Below are positions 40,539-50,038 of a stretch of DNA of 64,000 nt, piece after piece. The notes beneath the pieces were generated by a model, which made no database searches, was not told where the DNA came from, and saw only the letters and a program-made list of their open reading frames with translations. The stretch is taken from positions 2,520 through 66,519 of the forward strand of contig JAPYSB010000007.1 in the NCBI GenBank assembly GCA_029936675.1, read 5' to 3'. The translations under genes were made by a program, and so were the position numbers. Source of the DNA: Dehalococcoidia bacterium. Lineage in GTDB: Bacteria > Chloroflexota > Dehalococcoidia > Lucifugimonadales > UBA826. How positions within the stretch are numbered: position 1 is the stretch's first letter; every line of letters begins with the position of its first letter.

Positions 40539-41552
40539 CTAAGAATCTCTTGGAAACCATTTACAGCCATATTCTTGTTCGCAATGAGCGCAATATGCAA
40601 CCCAGTGGTTAGGCTCTTCTTCTCTGAGAACTGGCTCTCCAGTTAGGCATTCAGGGCTTGGAGACGGGCAATTAGACTGAAATCCGCAACCCGACGGCCT
40701 ATTACCAAGATTAGGGGGCATCCCTTCAATAGCTTCCAGCCGTTCACGAGTATTATCGTCCGCATCCAACCGTGGAACCGAGTTAAGTAACCCTATCGTG
40801 TAAGGGTGCATTGGATTCTTATAAATCTCCACTGCAGTAGAAGTTTCAACGATTTTACCGGCGTACATAACAATCACACGGTCGGCATATCTAGCAACTA
40901 CTCCCAGGTTGTGGGTAATTATTATTAAAGCTGTGCCTAAGTCCTTAGACAGATCCTGCATCAGTTCTAATATTTGTGCCTGAATAGTGACATCAAGTGC
41001 AGTAGTCGGCTCATCTGCAATAATTAGCTGCGGATTACAGCTTAGTGCCATGGCAATCATAACTCTCTGGCGCATTCCACCACTGAACTGGTGAGGGTAA
41101 TCATCTAATCGAGTTGTTGCGTCCGGAATACCTACCATAGTCAACAATTCTGTTGCCCTTTCCTTAGCATTGGTTTTGTTCATTTTTTGATGCAATTCTA
41201 AAGTCTCAGTTATTTGGCGACCTATAGTAAGAACTGGGTTCAGAGATGTCATTGGTTCCTGAAAAACCATAGAAATGCTGTTACCACGAATACCCCTCAT
41301 CTCTTTCTCGTCCATCTGGACTAGATCTTCACCACCAAACAATACTTCACCCTCTACTATTCGACCGGGTGGGCTTGCTACCAATCGCATTATCGACATG
41401 GCACCCACACTTTTGCCACACCCACTTTCCCCAACAATTCCTACTACCTCACCCTCTGCAACTTCATACGAAATTCCATCAACTGCCTTCACTACGCCAT
41501 CTGCAGTGAAAAAATGAGTCTTTAGATTTTTGACTTCGAGCAACGGAGCCAT
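40539..41552 (-). CDS. oppD: Oligopeptide/dipeptide ABC transporter ATP-binding subunit
   Basis: Motifs [33 protein letters not shown] and [11 protein letters not shown]. Confidence 0.92.
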   Translation of the reverse strand: MAPLLEVKNLKTHFFTADGVVKAVDGISYEVAEGEVVGIVGESGCGKSVGAMSIMRLVASPPGRIVEGEVLFGGEDLVQMDEKEMRGIRGNSISMVFQEPMTSLNPVLTIGRQITETLELHQKMNKTNAKERATELLTMVGIPDATTRLDDYPHQFSGGMRQRVMIAMALSCNPQLIIADEPTTALDVTIQAQILELMQDLSKDLGTALIIITHNLGVVARYADRVIVMYAGKIVETSTAVEIYKNPMHPYTIGLLNSVPRLDADDNTRERLEAIEGMPPNLGNRPSGCGFQSNCPSPSPECLTGEPVLREEEPNHWVAYCAHCEQEYGCKWFPRDS

Positions 41553-41682
41553 ACGACATTCCCCCTTGTTGCTTCTTCAGGTTTTAAATTTAAACCCGAA
41601 TAACCAAACTTGATTTTGTGTAGCACATTCTAATAAACCGATCCAATAGTAACAACTCATAAATGCAATGATTTCATGGAAA

Positions 41683-42402
41683 TTATTCAAACATACGACC
41701 ATCAGCAAACGAATTCAGATTTTGAATAACCATATCAGCAGCATAATCCGTGCTAATTTCACTAGAGTTAATAGTGAAATGGAATAGATTGGGATTATCT
41801 GGTTCATCCAGTTCAAAATACTTTTTAAAAAAATGATTTCTGGCCTGATCTCTCTGTTCAAGAGTGGCAATAGCCTTTCCTCTATTGATAGTTTCTCGAC
41901 TCATCAAGGTTTTCACTCTGTCCTCAAATGAAGCTACCACTCCCACTCGCAAAACATTAGGCATGTCCTTCAAAATCACGTGCCCACCTCGCCCAATGAA
42001 TACAACATCCCCATCCGCGGCCATTTCTTTCATGGTAGATTCTATAGCCTCGATATATACGTCGTCCTCCACTTCATGACCTCTCGTTATTATCGGCTGT
42101 GGGATATCCTCATACTCTTCTGTTAATAAGGCCGTAATACCTGGCCCGAAATATGGATCACCAGCCGCCCCGGTAACAGCTGAACGCTCAAGAAGTCTCT
42201 GTATCACGTGTATCCATTTCTCCGATCGGGTTGGAAGTTTTTCTTCTATTTGGTGTAAAGCCTCGACGGTAGCACCCACATTTTTTGCTATATTGGACAG
42301 AAAGATCCTATCTACATAGTCAGCCTTTAATCTTCGGGCAACTAAAGGACCTATGTCCCTCGCTCCTCCTCCGGACATACCTCCAAGTGTTATCGTGTAC
42401 AT
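41683..42402 (-). CDS. Cytidylate kinase-like family protein
   Basis: ITLGGMSGGGARDIG degenerate P-loop, VVFIGRGG and DNPNLFHFTINS. Confidence 0.8.
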   Translation of the reverse strand: MYTITLGGMSGGGARDIGPLVARRLKADYVDRIFLSNIAKNVGATVEALHQIEEKLPTRSEKWIHVIQRLLERSAVTGAAGDPYFGPGITALLTEEYEDIPQPIITRGHEVEDDVYIEAIESTMKEMAADGDVVFIGRGGHVILKDMPNVLRVGVVASFEDRVKTLMSRETINRGKAIATLEQRDQARNHFFKKYFELDEPDNPNLFHFTINSSEISTDYAADMVIQNLNSFADGRMFE

Positions 42403-42515
42403 TTATCACCTCCATTGGATTAGGCTTATTCCGAATCTAAATTTCATGGAGTCAAAAGCAGTGAAAAACCTCTAAATCGAATGCTGACAAACATTAGTGC
42501 GTCTGTCAACTTTTA

Positions 42516-43028
42516 TCAGAAATCTACCAAAGAGAACAACAATTCATCATCCAAAATTTCTGGAATGCAAAGATCCTTCAAAATTATGACAGTGTTGATA
42601 CCTACTATAATCCCGCCCATTTCTTCGATTAATGCCCTTGAAGCCTGGATAGTTCCACCAGTGGCAACCAAGTCATCAACTAATACCACCCTTTGAGAGG
42701 GCTGTATCACATCTGAATGAATTTGAAGTACGTCGGAGCCATATTCCAGATCATATTTAATCTCCCGAACCGAATATGGTAATTTACCTTCTTTCCTTAT
42801 TGGCACAAATGGTAGCTTCATCTCGTATGCAAGAGCGGATCCAAAAATAAACCCTCTTGACTCTATACCAACGATCACATCAGGAGAAATTATTTTTGAC
42901 TTTTTTGCGAAAGCATCAACACAATATCGAAATGACTCTTGATGATAGAGTAAAGGTGTAATATCTCTAAACAATATTCCTGGTTTAGGGAAATCTGGAA
43001 TATCTCTTATATATTGCTTTAAGTTCAT
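42516..43028 (-). CDS. apt: Adenine phosphoribosyltransferase
   Basis: Motifs IPDFPKPGILFRDIT, ESRGF, RKEGKLP, YDLEYG and VDDLVATGGT. Confidence 0.97.
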   Translation of the reverse strand: MNLKQYIRDIPDFPKPGILFRDITPLLYHQESFRYCVDAFAKKSKIISPDVIVGIESRGFIFGSALAYEMKLPFVPIRKEGKLPYSVREIKYDLEYGSDVLQIHSDVIQPSQRVVLVDDLVATGGTIQASRALIEEMGGIIVGINTVIILKDLCIPEILDDELLFSLVDF

Positions 43029-43106
43029 TACCTAACCATTAGGACCGTGATTTACATGGCATTACGATGATAAATCCAAACTCAATGGGATTGGAGGAAA
43101 TCTTAT

Positions 43107-43764
43107 ATGGTAAGTGAGGAAAGGGAAACCATAATCAAAAAAGGTTCCGAGTCAAAGTACCTAACTCTCAAAGTACCTAACTCTTTGTAAAAAGGATGTA
43201 TGGCCTTTCCTTGAATCACATGGCGGTAAGGTAATTTGTTTGATGAGAGGTCTCATTGGCCTGACTCCCACCACATTAGTGCAAATAACTTCCTATAATG
43301 ACATTCATTCATGGGACGGTAACCAAGACTCATGGTCCTCTCTCCGGGAACAATTTGTCGAACGGGAGACTGTAAGGGTATTGAAACCCATTTCCCAGCG
43401 ACCAAAGAACGTGATCCCGGTAGAAGATAGAAGACCCGTCTATGGATACCGTAAATTTATGATCTCACCGAATGATATTTCCGAGTTCGTCACCTGTTCA
43501 GAAAACGGAATGTGGCCAAAAATCGAGTCGACGGGGGCTTGCATATTAGGCATATGGACTACCACTTCCAGCACACCGATGGAAGTAATACTTCTTACTG
43601 GGTATCATAGCCCCTCCCATTGGGAACAGACTAGATATGCATCAGGAAATATGGGCGCTTCTAAAGAGTTGTGGAATAGAGAAATGTCATATAAATCTCA
43701 AAGGGTAGAGTTGACAAAGACTACTAAAGTAAGCCTAATGGCATCTTTGGACATTGATCACTGA
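43107..43764 (+). pseudogene. Two-domain NIPSNAP-like (dimeric alpha/beta barrel) gene frameshifted by a 16-bp tandem duplication
   Basis: The ATG at 43107 follows a GGAGG SD and stops at TAA 43188-43190. Removing one repeat copy joins it in frame to ORF 43240..43764. Confidence 0.72.
43152..43183 (+). repeat. Perfect tandem duplication, 2 x TCAAAGTACCTAACTC
   Basis: Read directly at 43152-43167 and 43168-43183. Confidence 0.97.
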
Positions 43765-43808
43765 ATTCAATTTCTTAAGGTATATGTTAATCCAATGGAG
43801 GTAACAGA

Positions 43809-44093
43809 ATGATTGGAGTTCTAACACATCACTGGGCCGAGCAAGGCAAAGTCGAAAATGCTATACATATTTTAGACGGAAACGGTGAAGCTCAAAGTAA
43901 GGCGCCAGGGTTCATAAATAGAACCACCCTGCTATCCAAAACAGACCCAACGCAAATCAGTTCTTTGGTAGTTTGGGAAAGCGATCATATTTACGATAAA
44001 TGGAAGGAAAGCGCCGAAAGGGCAAAAGCGATGAAAAATGCAGAGGATCTGTGGAGCCGGACCCCCGAATCAGAAAGGTTCGACATACCTTAG
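43809..44093 (+). CDS. Antibiotic biosynthesis monooxygenase (ABM) family protein
   Basis: About 95 aa with an APGFI...VVWES...W pattern and a GGAGG SD. Confidence 0.75.
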   Translation: MIGVLTHHWAEQGKVENAIHILDGNGEAQSKAPGFINRTTLLSKTDPTQISSLVVWESDHIYDKWKESAERAKAMKNAEDLWSRTPESERFDIP

Positions 44094-44112
44094 ATAAGGT
44101 GCCTCTTTAAAG

Positions 44113-45360
44113 TTAGTCCTCAAATGAGCTGAAAACAACGCATGCATTCTGACCACCAAACCCAAAATTATTAGAAAGAACTGTATTCACTTTAGCTTTT
44201 CTCGCCACATTGGGAACATAGTCCAAATCACAATAAGGGTCCGGATTATTGTAGTTGATAGTAGGTGGAATAAGATTTGACTGTATAGTTTTTACGGTGG
44301 CGACTGCTTCGATAGCACCTGCTCCACCTAGGGCATGCCCCATCATGGATTTATTCGAACTTATGGGAATTTTATAAGCTAGATCACCAAAGGCGAGTTT
44401 GATTGCTTTGGTCTCCGAAACGTCATTTAATGGCGTTGAGGTTCCATGAGCATTGATATAATCAATATCTTCTAGTTGCTTGTCGGCATTACCAATAGCC
44501 CATTTGATAGCTCTCGCAGCGCCTTCTCCATTTGCATCAGGCTGCACAGCATGATATGCATCTGATGACACGGCATAGCCAATAATTTCTCCCTTGATAT
44601 CTGCACCTCTTTCTTGGGCGTGGTCTAAGGTTTCCATTATGAGTATTCCAGCTCCTTCGGCCGGAACGAAGCCATCTCGGTTTGAATCAAACGGTTTACT
44701 CGCATCTTGGGGATTCCCATTAAATCTACTTAGCGCCTTTATAACGTGAAATCCTGCAAGCCCAATTCTGCTTATACCTGCCTCACAACCGCCGGCCACT
44801 ATGACATCCGCTGCACCTCTTCTGATGGCCTCATATGCCTCTCCAATCGCTTGATTGCCTGCAGCACATGCAGTTATAACAGTCGAGGAATACCCTTTCA
44901 AATTGAATATTCGACTAACTTGGGCTGCAGCCATATTAGGAAGTATCATCGGTATGAAAAAAGGGCTTACTTTCATCCCGCCTCTTTCAAACAGGATCTT
45001 TGCATTGTCTTCTGTAGTAGGAAAGCCGCCATTACCATTACCCATCACCACTCCCACTCGGTCGTTATTTAATGACAAATCTAAACCGGAATCTTCAATT
45101 GCGGTGGCAGCAGCAGCTACGGCGAACTGGGAAAATCTGGCCATTCTTCGGGCCTCTTTTGGATTTGTATATTGGCCCGCGTCAAATCCTGTAACTTCCC
45201 CCGCTATGTCACTCGGGAATCCTTCAGTATCACATAAGGTAATTTTGCTTATTCCAGAGTGTCCTTTAGACAAGCTACCCCAAAATTCCTCTACTGTTTG
45301 GCCTAAAGGGGACATCACTCCTAACCCGGTTATTACTACCCTTGTACCGTCTTTTGCCAT
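44113..45360 (-). CDS. fabF: 3-oxoacyl-ACP synthase II
   Basis: Motifs RVVITGLG, TACAAG, DYINAHGTST, KSMMGHALG and NNFGFGGQN. Start set at ATG 45360 to avoid overlap with folC. Confidence 0.95.
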   Translation of the reverse strand: MAKDGTRVVITGLGVMSPLGQTVEEFWGSLSKGHSGISKITLCDTEGFPSDIAGEVTGFDAGQYTNPKEARRMARFSQFAVAAAATAIEDSGLDLSLNNDRVGVVMGNGNGGFPTTEDNAKILFERGGMKVSPFFIPMILPNMAAAQVSRIFNLKGYSSTVITACAAGNQAIGEAYEAIRRGAADVIVAGGCEAGISRIGLAGFHVIKALSRFNGNPQDASKPFDSNRDGFVPAEGAGILIMETLDHAQERGADIKGEIIGYAVSSDAYHAVQPDANGEGAARAIKWAIGNADKQLEDIDYINAHGTSTPLNDVSETKAIKLAFGDLAYKIPISSNKSMMGHALGGAGAIEAVATVKTIQSNLIPPTINYNNPDPYCDLDYVPNVARKAKVNTVLSNNFGFGGQNACVVFSSFED

Positions 45361-45418
45361 TGCTATTGCCAACCTTTTACTGTCATTTAATCGTTTTGAT
45401 TCATACCCATCTATTATT

Positions 45419-46780
45419 TTAGGGCAAATTTGGATAAATCTCAGGCGGAATCTCTTTAATAACTTCAGAAACCTCTGCAGCAACAGACAGAGACCCAGTA
45501 CCCAATATTAAATCACTCTGGCCTGCCAAACTAAAGGCGTGGTCTAACCCTTCAGAAACACTGCCATATGCCTTGGTCGTGACAATATCGCAATTGGCAG
45601 AAGCTATTCTAACAATTTCCGCCCCGATAGCCTTGGGATGCCTCGAAGATACTGGAATTAGCACGGGATTTAGTGACTTCAAAGGTTCCAGCATATTGAC
45701 GATATCATGGCCTCCAATCGCACCAAAAACTATTATAACTTTGCAGTTATCCATATGATCATTAACAGTTTCCACCAACCGCTCCATTGAGTATGGATTG
45801 TGGGCCCCATCGACTATTAAAGTCGGGCCTGATGTTTCTAACACTTCGAACCTGCCTGGCCAACAAACCTTGGACAGCCCAACTTCAACTGAATCGTCAT
45901 CAATTAGATATCCTGATTGCTTTAAAGTCTCAATAGCGCATATGGCAGTAAGGGCGTTTTCCGTCTGGTGAATTCCAAGTAATGGTAGTTTGAATTCGTA
46001 ATTTCGTAGTGGGGTTCTTACGTGGAGATACTGGCCAGACAAATCTTTATTTTTAACATCGACAGAATAATCATCGCTAACTTTTTTTACCGGTGCATTA
46101 CAATCAGCTGCAATTTCTGTCATAACATTCATCGATTCCCAGTGCTGAGGAGATATGATTACGGGAATTTCATCTTTTATGATTCCTGCTTTCTCAGAAG
46201 CGATTTTAGCTAAGGTATCTCCTAATATATTGACATGGTCAAGGCTGATAGAAGTGATTACGGAAACGATGGGTAATAATATGTTCGTCGCGTCCAACCT
46301 ACCACCTAATCCCGTTTCCACCACCTGGAAATCGACATTCGATTCACGAAAAAAATGGAATGCTGCTGACACCATAAATTCAAACCAAGTAACTTCACCA
46401 TATTGACTGTTTTGCCCAGCCTCCAAAACCACCGGCCAGATTTGTTTAACAAGATTGGTAAAATCATTTTTGGAGATCGGTTCAGGCCCTATCCTAATCC
46501 TTTCAGTTAACGAATGTAGATGAGGTGAAGTTGCTAAGCCCACTTTGTATCCAGCTGAACCTAATATAGCGGTAATCATGGCTGCGGTGGTACCTTTTCC
46601 TTTGGTGCCAGCTATGTGGACAGAAGGAACGCCTAAGTGGGGGTTGCCCAACAAAGCACATAGGAGACGCATCCTTTCCAAGTGAAAAAATGAATGTTCA
46701 GGACTATGCTTGCCTCTTTCAAAATCGGCTAAAGTAAGCGTCTGTTCAACGGCACGGTAATAGGCACGATCTTTTTCCAA
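45419..46780 (-). CDS. folC: Folylpolyglutamate synthase / dihydrofolate synthase
   Basis: Motifs HIAGTKGKG, TSPHL...ERI, ETGLGGRLDATN, EKAGIIK, WPGRFE and DGAHN. Confidence 0.96.
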   Translation of the reverse strand: MEKDRAYYRAVEQTLTLADFERGKHSPEHSFFHLERMRLLCALLGNPHLGVPSVHIAGTKGKGTTAAMITAILGSAGYKVGLATSPHLHSLTERIRIGPEPISKNDFTNLVKQIWPVVLEAGQNSQYGEVTWFEFMVSAAFHFFRESNVDFQVVETGLGGRLDATNILLPIVSVITSISLDHVNILGDTLAKIASEKAGIIKDEIPVIISPQHWESMNVMTEIAADCNAPVKKVSDDYSVDVKNKDLSGQYLHVRTPLRNYEFKLPLLGIHQTENALTAICAIETLKQSGYLIDDDSVEVGLSKVCWPGRFEVLETSGPTLIVDGAHNPYSMERLVETVNDHMDNCKVIIVFGAIGGHDIVNMLEPLKSLNPVLIPVSSRHPKAIGAEIVRIASANCDIVTTKAYGSVSEGLDHAFSLAGQSDLILGTGSLSVAAEVSEVIKEIPPEIYPNLP

Positions 46781-46785
46781 GAGCG

Positions 46786-48801
46786 CTAGAACTGGGTCTG
46801 AAGGGGTAACGATCCTGTAGCGGCTGAGGACTGTAAAGATTTAAAATCTACCACACCAGTCGCCTTTATACCTGATTTGTTAGATGCAGTACGGGATTTA
46901 CGCGAGCCACCACGTTTGGAGGAATTCAAGGTATCAATAGAACCTGCTTCAGTGATCAAAGAATTTATTCTTTCAACCAACGTTTTAGCTTTCTCTATAC
47001 TATCTTCAGATATGTGGACTTTGAAATCCTCGAAGTTTTCCAGAAGATATGCTGCAGGCACATATCGATCAAAAACACCCCCGGCGGTTCCCGTTTTCGC
47101 GAAATATGCTTTCAGTCTTTCCACGATTCTTGGATTACTCTCCGTGATGGACCTCATAGTCAATGTTTGTTCAAGTTGATTAGCATAAGAAAGGTTGACC
47201 AATTCCAAATAAATCTTTGGCTCAAATAAATCCTCGATATCCGCGTTTCTTACTCTAGTAACTTGCACCCACTTTACAGGGTTCTCGCCTTCTAATTCGT
47301 TTTTCCTGTTAATAGCCTCTATCTTTTCCTTGTTGGTAGGAGTTAAATCCATCATCACTGCGACACTAACATAGTTATCCCCGAGAAGCGTGACAAAGGT
47401 GGAAAGGTTATCCGTGCCACCTACAGGTATTACTACCCACCTTGGATCAATCCTTATACCTGACTCAGCTGCCACCATATCACCCAAAACTTGCAGGTAT
47501 ATCAAATCCGAAGGAGAGTTAACCATCAAACAGTGGGGAGATAGAAATAGAGTCTGGGCCATCTGGTACCCCAAAGCCATCTGCAAGGGGAATACAGTCT
47601 CCTTGTCATTATTAACAGGATCATCACTTATCACAGTGCCTACACCATCCATGTCTTGAACTAATCTAATTCGATGCAATTTCTCCAAATCAATCATAAA
47701 AGGTGAATGGGTAGTGTAAAGAACCTGGCATCTTGGTGAAAGCCTTTCATCCATGAATCTCAAGAAATCTTTTTGGGCCATTGCATGAAGTGCTGTGCCC
47801 GGCTCGTCGAGTAGAATTATCAAGTCGCCACTTTCTGTTTCTTCCAGATGCGAAAAATACGACAAAAAAGAGAAAAACCAAACAAACCCCTTCGACCTCT
47901 CATCAAACGAGACGGTGACACGGTGCCTCGCATTTTCTATTCTTACGTGTAAAATTTTTCCTTGGTTCAAAGGAGCAGCATCCCTAGGGTCGGCCTGAGA
48001 TACATCAAATTCAACTTTTAACTGGCGATTTTGTTGCCAATATTCAAATATCTCATCAGTTATGGTTATTGAGGCAGATTCTAACTCAACTTTTATGTCC
48101 TCATACCCTAAATCTTTTTCCAAATCCTCTAGAGAAACTCCCGATAAAGTTAACAGAGACAGGAATGTCCTATCGGCGTCATCAAAAGGTCCTCCATTTT
48201 CTGCCCTCTGCCTGAGCTCATTGATAGATATTTTTCCTCTCATGAGACTGTAATTATCAAAGTAAACGAATTTAGGGAGCCATTTTTCCAAAAATTGCTC
48301 TGAAATTCTCTCCGAAACATTATTAACATCTTCCACAGGCTGCACAGCACTTTGAAAAGAAGTTGGGGCAGGTGTGGAAGGCTGAGTAAACGCCGTCACG
48401 TTAAGAGGTTGAGAAACTGATTCTGCAAGGCTAATTTTCCAATTTCGTTCATTTTTGTAATTCTTGGTGACAATAACCTTGTTTGAAGCTAATATCCCAT
48501 TACCAAAATTCGCCTCGATTTCAGATATTTCCTCATCATTCAGCTCAAATTCTGCCTGTGCCACCTCGCATGGATTTTGATCATGAATTTTTTTATATTT
48601 GATGTACCCTTTTCGAGGGTAATCTCTAATGCTAAAAGTATCTTCATCACCGGAAATAGAGTTAATCTTCCTAATAGCTTGAAGAAATGCTGTTTTACCA
48701 GACTCGTTTTTACCCACCAGAGCCGTAACATCATCAACTCTAACCCATGAGGAATCGTCAATACTTCTATAGTTGATTACCCTAGCCTGAGTTAGTTTCA
48801 T
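46786..48801 (-). CDS. OLD-family ABC ATPase with a (degenerate) TOPRIM domain
   Basis: Motifs NYRSI, VGKNESGKT, SKGF.WFFS, LLDEPG, YTTHSPFM, LMVNSPSD and DIEDLF. Confidence 0.78.
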   Translation of the reverse strand: MKLTQARVINYRSIDDSSWVRVDDVTALVGKNESGKTAFLQAIRKINSISGDEDTFSIRDYPRKGYIKYKKIHDQNPCEVAQAEFELNDEEISEIEANFGNGILASNKVIVTKNYKNERNWKISLAESVSQPLNVTAFTQPSTPAPTSFQSAVQPVEDVNNVSERISEQFLEKWLPKFVYFDNYSLMRGKISINELRQRAENGGPFDDADRTFLSLLTLSGVSLEDLEKDLGYEDIKVELESASITITDEIFEYWQQNRQLKVEFDVSQADPRDAAPLNQGKILHVRIENARHRVTVSFDERSKGFVWFFSFLSYFSHLEETESGDLIILLDEPGTALHAMAQKDFLRFMDERLSPRCQVLYTTHSPFMIDLEKLHRIRLVQDMDGVGTVISDDPVNNDKETVFPLQMALGYQMAQTLFLSPHCLMVNSPSDLIYLQVLGDMVAAESGIRIDPRWVVIPVGGTDNLSTFVTLLGDNYVSVAVMMDLTPTNKEKIEAINRKNELEGENPVKWVQVTRVRNADIEDLFEPKIYLELVNLSYANQLEQTLTMRSITESNPRIVERLKAYFAKTGTAGGVFDRYVPAAYLLENFEDFKVHISEDSIEKAKTLVERINSLITEAGSIDTLNSSKRGGSRKSRTASNKSGIKATGVVDFKSLQSSAATGSLPLQTQF

Positions 48802-48984
48802 ATCTTCTCCACCTCTACGATTTACACCTTATCGTACCTTTTATATTTCTTACCATAGAGAACACGTTCCCATTATATGAATGGCCAGTTCAAACTAACC
48901 ATAGGGAGGCGTCAAAGGCAAGGCATTTATGTACAATGTTTGATAGGCTTGGTATTCCCATCTTGAAACCTGTTTGCGTGCAAA

Positions 48985-49839
48985 TTATACTTGGCTATAC
49001 CCACTACCCACACGATCTCGATCAACCCCTGTACCTTTGGCTTCATTTATCCAACCGAATTCTTTAAGAATCTGCTGACTATATGTCACTCTACCTGTTA
49101 CTTTATCTATGGGTTCAGTAGCCAATAATAGTGCCGCCTTGGCCATTAATTCCGGATGCTCACCTCGTGGGTCATCCATGCCTGTTACCAAATTATGAAA
49201 AACGGTTCCGGGTGTAGGAACTACTTGGGAGGGAGACACACAAGTTACCGAAATTCCATCACCATATACTTCCTGAGCTAAGCCTTGGGTAAATCTCTCT
49301 AAAGCTGCCTTCTCGGCTCCATAGCAAGTACCACCAGGGTTTGAGGGAACATTTGAATAGGGGCCACGACCTGGACCGATCGCCGCTCCGGAGGAAATGT
49401 TTACGATACTCCCAGATCCAGTTGAGATCATATCTTCCAATGCTAACTGGCTTAGAATAAATGGGGCGTGGAAATTGACTGCCCAAGACCTCATCCAGCG
49501 GTTAATCGGATAGTCCCTCACAGGAATAAAATATGTCAAGGCAGCGTTATTAACCAGCACATCGACTTTTCCATATAATTCATGTGTCTCGGCAAAAAGG
49601 CGCTCGCAGTCTTCAGGCAGTGAAATATTGACAGTAACTGGTTCGGCCTCACCTCCAGCTTCCTTGATATCACTCACTGTTTTTTGTAATGAACCTTCCA
49701 GGGGATGATCCCCCTCTTTTAAAGTTCTTGCTGCACAAACTACTTTCCCTCCTTCTTTGGCAAAAATCCTAGCAATCTCTGCTCCAATGCCTCGGCTCGC
49801 ACCAGTTACTACGACAGTTTTTCCATCCAAAGTACCCAT
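48985..49839 (-). CDS. SDR family oxidoreductase
   Basis: Motifs TGASRGIG, VNNAA and YGAEK. Start set at MGTLDGK, which follows an AAGGAG SD. Confidence 0.9.
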   Translation of the reverse strand: MGTLDGKTVVVTGASRGIGAEIARIFAKEGGKVVCAARTLKEGDHPLEGSLQKTVSDIKEAGGEAEPVTVNISLPEDCERLFAETHELYGKVDVLVNNAALTYFIPVRDYPINRWMRSWAVNFHAPFILSQLALEDMISTGSGSIVNISSGAAIGPGRGPYSNVPSNPGGTCYGAEKAALERFTQGLAQEVYGDGISVTCVSPSQVVPTPGTVFHNLVTGMDDPRGEHPELMAKAALLLATEPIDKVTGRVTYSQQILKEFGWINEAKGTGVDRDRVGSGYSQV

Positions 49840-50038
49840 AACATTTCTCCTTATATAATTCCCATAACAAGCTGACCACCCTACCACCAAATAGGAATTC
49901 GTTAAAGGATTTTATTTTACAAGGTCATCTTCACACAAGATATCCGTTCGATTTGTTGACCCATTTATTGATAAAAATTTATAATCTTCGGTAAATGATC
50001 CTTACTTTGCACCGAGTCCATGAGAGGTTCTACCAGTT

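Noticed and set aside
45361-45483. N-terminal extension of FabF in the ORF track
   Set aside because: It overlaps the end of folC and does not resemble FabF. ATG 45360 is the better start.
48860-48869. GAAC-AC-GTTC resembling a LexA box upstream of the OLD ATPase
   Set aside because: The spacer is 2 nt rather than the 4 nt of the GAAC-N4-GTTC consensus.
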